A stretch of DNA of 63,902 nt, the filler included, from Myxococcota bacterium (GTDB lineage Bacteria > Myxococcota > Myxococcia > Myxococcales > Myxococcaceae), in NCBI GenBank assembly GCA_049322255.1. It is 3 parts of 3 records of this genome, joined end to end, with 100 filler letters (N's around TTAATTAATTAA, not from the genome) between each part and the next. Parts side by side here need not be neighbours in the genome. Positions count along the whole stretch, not along the records: positions 50,396 to 63,902 come from JBMORE010000115.1; 2 more parts are not named here. One strand, written 5' to 3'. The notes below the pieces were generated by a model. It was not told the DNA's origin, did not search any database, and was given only the letters and a program-made list of their open reading frames with translations. Each line of letters opens with the position of its first letter. Position 1 is the first letter of the stretch. The translations under genes were made by a program, and so were the position numbers. Below are positions 58,566-63,902 of this stretch, piece by piece.

Positions 58566-59330
58566 CTATGAGGATTCGGCCCTATGACGGGCTCCCAGTA
58601 TAGAGCGCCGCAGAAATTTTCGGACTTGGGCCTTGGCGAGCTTCGCCGCCGTCGACACCTCCTCGCCCCGAGCCAGCGTCACCGCCATGACGGAGGCGAA
58701 GCGACACCCGGTGCCGCGGTACGCCCGTGTACGTCCCTGTAGCCGGGTGGCCCCCAACAAGAGCGAGCCTTGGGGCGTGCACACCACGTCGACCGGGCGA
58801 TGCGGCAAGTGGCCGCCCTTGACCACCACCGCACCGAACCCGGCGTCGAGCAGTGCCCTCCCCGCGCGCTCGGCCGCTTCCACCGTCCGCAGCGCCCGTC
58901 GCGTTCCCAAAAGCCAGCCGGCTTCGTCGAGGTTGGGGGTGAGCACCACCTGCGGCGAGGCGAGGGCGAGGTAGTCGCGCCGCGAGAGCGAGGAGAGCCG
59001 CTCCTTTTGCGAGGTGCGCACCACCGGGTCCACCACCCAGGGCGCCTTCACCCCGTGGAGCGCCTGGCGAATGCTCTTCAGCACCTGCCGGGTGGGGACC
59101 ATTCCCAGCTTCACCGCGTGAATGGGGCCGGTGGACTGAAGGGCCGAGATTTGCGCGCGGACGACGGTGGGAGGCACCGGCCGACACAAAAATCTCCCTC
59201 CCTGCGCGGTGAGAGCGGTGGCGACGCCCAACCCCCGTCCCCCGAGCCAATCGACGGCGGCGAGGTCTGCCAACAGCCCGGCCATGCCCGAAGGCTCGAG
59301 CCCGGCGAGCACCAGCACCCGGGGCCTCAC
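58566..59330 (-). CDS. thiD: Hydroxymethylpyrimidine/phosphomethylpyrimidine kinase
   Basis: AGLEPSG.AG..AD, VKLGM, VDPV, TPN..EA, KGGH, GTGC. Confidence 0.88.
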   Translation of the reverse strand: MRPRVLVLAGLEPSGMAGLLADLAAVDWLGGRGLGVATALTAQGGRFLCRPVPPTVVRAQISALQSTGPIHAVKLGMVPTRQVLKSIRQALHGVKAPWVVDPVVRTSQKERLSSLSRRDYLALASPQVVLTPNLDEAGWLLGTRRALRTVEAAERAGRALLDAGFGAVVVKGGHLPHRPVDVVCTPQGSLLLGATRLQGRTRAYRGTGCRFASVMAVTLARGEEVSTAAKLAKAQVRKFLRRSILGARHRAESS

Positions 59331-60079
59331 CTCCGACCGTCTCTCGCCTTGTTCACCAGGGCGCGGTAAAGGCCGAGGTTTGCGGGCACGGTGTTCACGA
59401 GCAGCTCGGGGTGCCACTGCACTCCCACCGCGAAGGCGTGCGCGGTCGACTCGATCGCTTCCACCACCCCGTCGGGGGCGAGCGCGCTCACCACCACCTT
59501 CTCACCCACTTTCTTCACCGCCTGGTGGTGGGTGGAGTTCACCATCACCTGCCCCTTGCCCATCACCTCCGCCAGGCGTGTGCCTTCCTTCACCTCCACC
59601 GGGTGGTGTGGCTGCGAGCGATCGTGCTCCTGCTGGTGGGACTTGGCGGTGGGCAGCTCGCGCGCCAGGTCTTGATAGAGCGTGCCCCCCAGCACCACGT
59701 TGAGCAGCTGCATGCCGCCGCAAATTCCCAGCACCGGGAGGTTTCGGGCCAGCGCGCCCTGGAGCATCGCGGTCTCGAACTGGGTGCGCTCCCGCTTGAG
59801 GGGCCCCAGCCCTTCACGCGGCGTCTCGCCGTAGGCCTCGGGGGGAATGTCGAAGGCGCCTCCGGTGAGGACCAGACCAAAGATGCGATCGAGGTAGGTG
59901 TCGATGCACCCGTGGTCATCGGCGTACGCGAGGATGAGCGGCAGCCCCCCGCTCCGCTGCACCGCATCGGCGTACGCGGTCTTGAGCTCGTAGCGCGGCG
60001 CGGTCTGCTCTGGCTGCGGGGAGGAGAGATCCGGCGTGATGCCGATGCTCGGGCGCCGAGCGTGTCCGTGGTGTTTCAT
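59327..60079 (-). CDS. Peptidase C26 / gamma-glutamyl-GABA hydrolase (PuuD-like)
   Basis: LTGG..D, GICGGMQ, GGTLYQD, VNSTHHQ, VQWHPE. Confidence 0.9.
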   Translation of the reverse strand: MKHHGHARRPSIGITPDLSSPQPEQTAPRYELKTAYADAVQRSGGLPLILAYADDHGCIDTYLDRIFGLVLTGGAFDIPPEAYGETPREGLGPLKRERTQFETAMLQGALARNLPVLGICGGMQLLNVVLGGTLYQDLARELPTAKSHQQEHDRSQPHHPVEVKEGTRLAEVMGKGQVMVNSTHHQAVKKVGEKVVVSALAPDGVVEAIESTAHAFAVGVQWHPELLVNTVPANLGLYRALVNKARDGRR

Positions 60080-60083
60080 CGGT

Positions 60084-60690
60084 GGCGAAGGTTACTTTAC
60101 GTCTTGCCCCGGAGCGCCACTTCAAAAAGGGCTCGGCGCTTTCTATCGTCCAGTCGCCGCTGGATGGTCGATGGTCAGAATCTCCACCGTCATTTCATTT
60201 CCGTCGAGGCCGAGCCGCCCTTGATGCCCAAGAACCAAGGTCTGTCCACGCCTCATCTGCACTCATTGAACGCGCAGCCCGCTGGACCTCGGGCGGAACC
60301 CACTTTGGAAATGGCGTCCTCACATTCCGGTGTGCGCCGGTCGCGGTGTGCTCCTGCTTCATAGCCGTGAGCGCTTCCTTTCCCAGGTCATCTGCGAGTC
60401 GAACCAGGGCCGGCCAGAGACGGCGATGGACAAAGGTGATTTTTCCATCGACCAGGCGAAAGCAGAGCACATCGGGCGAATCATCCACTGCACCGAGCGC
60501 TTGGAAAATCTCGGATCCTTTCCTGTGGCTCCACCAGCTCCCTCGGATGGGTTCACCGGCGACAGCTTCGGCCAAATTGGGCACAGCTCCTTTGGCTGAA
60601 GCCAGAACTACGCCGTGCCGAGCGACAAACTCCACTGGGTCGAAGGGGCCCTTCATGCCTGCGGCAAAGGCTACTTCACGTCTTGTCCCG
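60084..60690. repeat. Imperfect 28-bp direct repeats flanking a one-gene insert
   Basis: 60084-60111 vs 60663-60690, 24/28 identical. Confidence 0.75.
60195..60656 (-). CDS. Hypothetical protein, possibly winged-helix/AlkZ-related
   Basis: GEPIRGSWWSH, RLVDGKITFVHRRLWP; more A/T-ending codons than its neighbours by eye. Confidence 0.65.
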   Translation of the reverse strand: MKGPFDPVEFVARHGVVLASAKGAVPNLAEAVAGEPIRGSWWSHRKGSEIFQALGAVDDSPDVLCFRLVDGKITFVHRRLWPALVRLADDLGKEALTAMKQEHTATGAHRNVRTPFPKWVPPEVQRAARSMSADEAWTDLGSWASRAARPRRK

Positions 60691-61324
60691 CCCGAAATGC
60701 GCGCTGGAGCTCACGGGCCTTGGCGGCAATGTCCAACGCATCCAAGAGGTCGCTGGCCACCGCCGCTGCGTGAACTCCCGTGGCCGCGACCGCCGCGATG
60801 TTGGACAGGCCGATGCCCGCGATGGCCACGACCGGCAAGGGACTGTCGGCGACGAGCGCGGTGAGCCGAACAAGCCCCAGGGGAGGCGCCGCCATCTGCT
60901 TGGTCGAGCTCGCAAAAACCGGCCCCAAGCCCACGTAGTCGGCGCCGGCCTGATGGGCACGGCGAATGTCCTCGAGGTTTCGGGTGGTGACGCCGACCAG
61001 CGCCTTGGGACCCAGCAGCCGACGCGCGTCGGCCGGGGGCACATCCTCCTCACCCACGTGCACGCCATGCGCTCGGGCGAGCAGCGCCCAGTCGACCCGG
61101 TCATTCACCAGACAAACCGCCTGGGTGCGCTCACAGAGGGCGACCACCTGGCGGGTCAGGGCGATGGCGGCGCGCGTAAGGGTGGCCTTCATGCGCAGCT
61201 GCAGAACTTTTGCCCCTCCCTCGAGCGCCGCGGCCGCCTTGTCGAGCACCGACCGCTCGGGGCGTACCGAGTCATCGATGAGCGCGTAGAGCCCGGGAGG
61301 GAGGCGGGCGCTTGGGTTTTTCAC
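60671..61324 (-). CDS. thiE: Thiamine-phosphate synthase
   Basis: QLRMK, VNDR, GVHVG.ED, ADYVGLGPVF.SSTK, VAIAGI. Confidence 0.93.
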   Translation of the reverse strand: MKNPSARLPPGLYALIDDSVRPERSVLDKAAAALEGGAKVLQLRMKATLTRAAIALTRQVVALCERTQAVCLVNDRVDWALLARAHGVHVGEEDVPPADARRLLGPKALVGVTTRNLEDIRRAHQAGADYVGLGPVFASSTKQMAAPPLGLVRLTALVADSPLPVVAIAGIGLSNIAAVAATGVHAAAVASDLLDALDIAAKARELQRAFRAGQDVK

Positions 61325-61378
61325 GGGCCCACTGCTATAAGCCCCCGCGCAAAATTTCCACGGTGTTAGGAGGAGACC

Positions 61379-61561
61379 ATGCACGAGTCCATCGACCCCC
61401 AGACCGCCGACAAGCGCACGGTTTCGCGCTACATCCAAAAAGGCCTGATCGACGAGAAGGCTTACGAGAAGCACTTGAAGTCGTTGCCGGACCTCGCCGA
61501 CAAGGCGGCCCCGGTGCAGACCATCGTCGTCGAGTCGCAAGAGGAAGCCGCCGAGGCTTGA
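61379..61561 (+). CDS. Small hypothetical protein
   Basis: AGGAGG RBS; DKRTVSRYIQKG...HLKSLPDL. Confidence 0.7.
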   Translation: MHESIDPQTADKRTVSRYIQKGLIDEKAYEKHLKSLPDLADKAAPVQTIVVESQEEAAEA

Positions 61562-61566
61562 AGCGG

Positions 61567-61857
61567 ATGGAGAAGCGGGGCGACACGTTCGTGATGAAGG
61601 ACGAGGGACTCAAACCCATCGACTTCACCACCTTCGTGCTCGGCCTTGCCTCCACCGCGCTCATCCACCTGGGCGCCGCTCCTCACCCCGAGACCGGCAA
61701 ACCCTCCCAGGACTTGGTGCTCGCCCACCAGTCGCTCGAGCTGCTCGCCCTCTTGCGTCAGAAGACCCAAGGCAACTTGACCCCCGACGAGGAGAAGCTC
61801 TTCGACGGGCTGTTGGCCGACTTGCGTCTTCGCTTCGTGGAGGCGAGCAAGCGGTGA
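61567..61857 (+). CDS. DUF1844-like protein
   Basis: DFTTFVLGL..TALIHLG, KTQGNLT.DE. Confidence 0.8.
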   Translation: MEKRGDTFVMKDEGLKPIDFTTFVLGLASTALIHLGAAPHPETGKPSQDLVLAHQSLELLALLRQKTQGNLTPDEEKLFDGLLADLRLRFVEASKR

Positions 61858-62471
61858 ACCCCGCCGAGGTCCGGCCGGGCGCTCTCTTGCCTCGCCCGCT
61901 TCGTCACGCCCTGCTGGGGTGTCTGTTCCTCTCGGCCTTGGTGGGTTACTTCGCCGCCAGCGAGGCGTTGACCTTGGGCGAGCTCTCGTCGGTGCAGGTC
62001 CGCGCGCCGGCGGGGAGCGACCCCGAGCTTTTGCGGCTGGCCAAGGCCCAGACCGAGGCGATGGCGCGGGCGGCTTTGGCCATGCGCGAGAGCCGCACGG
62101 TGGTGCTTGCCGCGCTCGCGGTGTCGTGCGCCCTGGTGTTCGTCGCCGCCGCGCGCACCCTGCAGCCGTTCGGCGCCGGCCGCGCGGGAATGCTGCGCCT
62201 TTTGGGGGGCACGGCCTTGACCACCGCTCTTTTACGGACCCTCGACGGCGCGCAGTGGGCGGTCATCTCCCGCCGAGCCGGGGCCGCCATCGACCGCGCC
62301 GCGGCGGAGGGTGCCCAACCCCAGATGTGGATTGAAGGGTTGGGAACGTTCCTCGCCACCGGCTGGGCGATCGGGCAGACCGCTTTGGTCGCGGGAGCCT
62401 TCCTGCTCCTCTCCCGCTACTTTCACTCGCTCAAGGTGCGGCAGACGATCGAGCTGGCAGATCGAGGCTGA
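61854..62471 (+). CDS. Hypothetical membrane protein
   Basis: About four hydrophobic helices; GTGA overlap with the upstream gene. Confidence 0.65.
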   Translation: MNPAEVRPGALLPRPLRHALLGCLFLSALVGYFAASEALTLGELSSVQVRAPAGSDPELLRLAKAQTEAMARAALAMRESRTVVLAALAVSCALVFVAAARTLQPFGAGRAGMLRLLGGTALTTALLRTLDGAQWAVISRRAGAAIDRAAAEGAQPQMWIEGLGTFLATGWAIGQTALVAGAFLLLSRYFHSLKVRQTIELADRG

Positions 62472-62984
62472 CGGCCCAAGCTCGAGCAGCGCCGTGCGGG
62501 CGCGGGGAAGGCGCAAAAGCTCCTCGCGCGTCACCCCCAAGACCGTGGCCAAATGCCCCAGCGGCCACTTCGATTTGAGCTTCTCGAACGACAGCTCGCT
62601 AAAGTCGGCGCCTTCGTCGTCAGGCAGCTCGGCGTCCTCGTAGCGCAGGCGCTCTCCCCCCACCTCGCGACCGTCACCGTAGGTCGTCACCTGCTCGAGC
62701 TCGTCCGGGTCGAAGACGTAGGCGTGCACGGTGAGCCCGGTGACCCGCGAAAGCAGCCGCGCCAGCGCGTGGCGCTTCTCGTACCAGCGCGCGCCTTTAC
62801 GCCCGTAGGTGAAGGGGCCGTCGTAGGCCAGGCGTACCAGACGGTGCTGGGGAAGCACCGAAACGAGGAGCGCCGCATCTTCCAAAGCCTCGCCGTCGTG
62901 CGACAGCGCTTCGCGCGCCGACCGAACCAGCTGCGAGGCCTCGACCTCGCTCCACCGACACAGATAGCCGCCGTGTGCTTCCAA
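62232..62984 (-). CDS. Hypothetical protein
   Basis: GGGGAGG RBS then TTG at 62984; VHAYVFDPDELE..., WPLGHLA; tail overlaps the convergent gene. Confidence 0.55.
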   Translation of the reverse strand: MEAHGGYLCRWSEVEASQLVRSAREALSHDGEALEDAALLVSVLPQHRLVRLAYDGPFTYGRKGARWYEKRHALARLLSRVTGLTVHAYVFDPDELEQVTTYGDGREVGGERLRYEDAELPDDEGADFSELSFEKLKSKWPLGHLATVLGVTREELLRLPRARTALLELGPSASICQLDRLPHLERVKVAGEEQEGSRDQSGLPDRPAGGEERSQPFNPHLGLGTLRRGAVDGGPGSAGDDRPLRAVEGP

Positions 62985-63153
62985 GGCCTCCCCCGCTTCG
63001 TTCCGCTCATCGCGGTGCCGAATTGGACGCGGGCGTATACGCGACATCGATCTGGGCCTCAATGGGTTCTTGCGAAATTCTTCGGGAATTCCGCAGGCTT
63101 TTGACGCGTCGCGACATGCTTGCCAACCCCTCTGCGGCGCTTAGCTTGGGCCC

Positions 63154-63902
<749 letters not shown>

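Noticed and set aside
58566..61540. TPP riboswitch expected near thiD/thiE
   Set aside because: No recognisable TGAGA/CCTGA core in the short upstream regions

Overview
High-GC myxobacterial DNA (Myxococcales, probably Cystobacterineae), most likely from a draft or metagenome-assembled genome. It is not one continuous locus: two 100-nt N-linkers containing TTAATTAATTAA (25149-25248, 50296-50395) join three contigs. Contig 1 (1-25148) is the accessory-rich part. It carries a blue-copper-type lipoprotein, a split b6-type Rieske/cytochrome b complex with a 1175-aa octaheme stalked cytochrome c, and a separately encoded, inverted 80-aa membrane protein. It also carries a DCC-LMF1 fusion, an SPFH pair, VIT-vWA and NHL surface proteins, a FruA-like regulator with MrpC-type boxes, a stress cluster (KGG, CBS, USP, cNMP) and the 5' part of a divergent Sec-type nosZ. 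Contig 2 is a core block: dksA-like, trmFO, aglU, xerC, smr, hslVU, argD, J-protein and dnaK paralog, coaE, engB, exoJK-like, pyrD, add, djlA-like, folD. Contig 3 holds rpsF-rpsR-rplI-dnaB, a degenerate REC-GGDEF protein, a CglD-like adhesin with an outer-membrane barrel, thiD, thiE and clpB. Non-coding structure includes eight dispersed CCCTCTCCC-type palindromic repeats, a GGGAGC foldback element, sigma54-type promoters, and a decayed 28-bp direct repeat flanking a one-gene insertion at the thiE 3' end. I found no tRNA, rRNA, CRISPR array, prophage or transposase. The best candidate for an undescribed system is the respiratory module at 798-7746, possibly linked to N2O reduction. All family and orthology calls come from motif reading and recall, not from database searches.
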